From the NCBI RefSeq assembly GCF_044704955.1, contig NC_091997.1, positions 85,498,001 to 85,562,000 on the forward strand: a stretch of 64,000 nucleotides of DNA, written 5' to 3'. This stretch comes from Pristiophorus japonicus (taxonomy: Eukaryota). This document shows positions 63,831 through 64,000 of the stretch, piece by piece. The notes beneath the pieces were generated by a model, which made no database searches, was not told the DNA's origin, and saw nothing but the letters and a program-made list of their open reading frames with translations. Every line of letters begins with the position of its first letter. Position 1 is the first letter of the stretch. Both the position numbers and the translations under genes were made by a program.

Positions 63831-64000
63831 AGTAATGGGAGGGAACTCAGGCAAGACAGATCACATTCTTGCAACCACCTACAAGGGACATCGTTGCCGT
63901 GGATGATATCCAGAAGTCACTATTCATTTCATACCCAATAAACCTGTTAATTCTTACACAATGCCCCATCTATGGGGGGGTGGCGAGGCGGGGGAAGGAT

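Noticed and set aside
61458-63874. Long ER-rich and SL-rich ORFs (up to 571 aa)
   Set aside because: Translations of a stop-poor GA tandem array that are open in several frames on both strands.

Overview
Repeat-dense vertebrate DNA, most likely a cartilaginous fish (shark). This is inferred from SacSINE1/Deu-type SINEs, SGNH-esterase CR1 LINEs and Penelope-type hammerhead remnants. Most of the window is mobile DNA: a nested CR1/Gypsy/CR1/MITE stack (1-9.2 kb), a near-complete PIF/Harbinger element (38.1-42.9 kb) with two MITE derivatives, several CR1, RTE, L2 and Tx1 LINE pieces, SINEs, a solo LTR and simple repeats. On the + strand there is a spliced immunoglobulin-superfamily receptor gene that the ORF track only partly shows. 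Its seven coding exons (33077-57839, about 508 codons) have compatible phases and encode a signal peptide, an atypical 10-Cys Ig-like domain, a V-set domain, a TM segment and a long tail with five Tyr motifs. One in-frame TGA lies just after the TM. About 14.5 kb upstream is the terminal TM exon of a probable second receptor, with a TM Lys and a short tail, suggesting an activating/inhibitory pair. All calls were made by eye with no database searches, and TE boundaries without TSD support are approximate.
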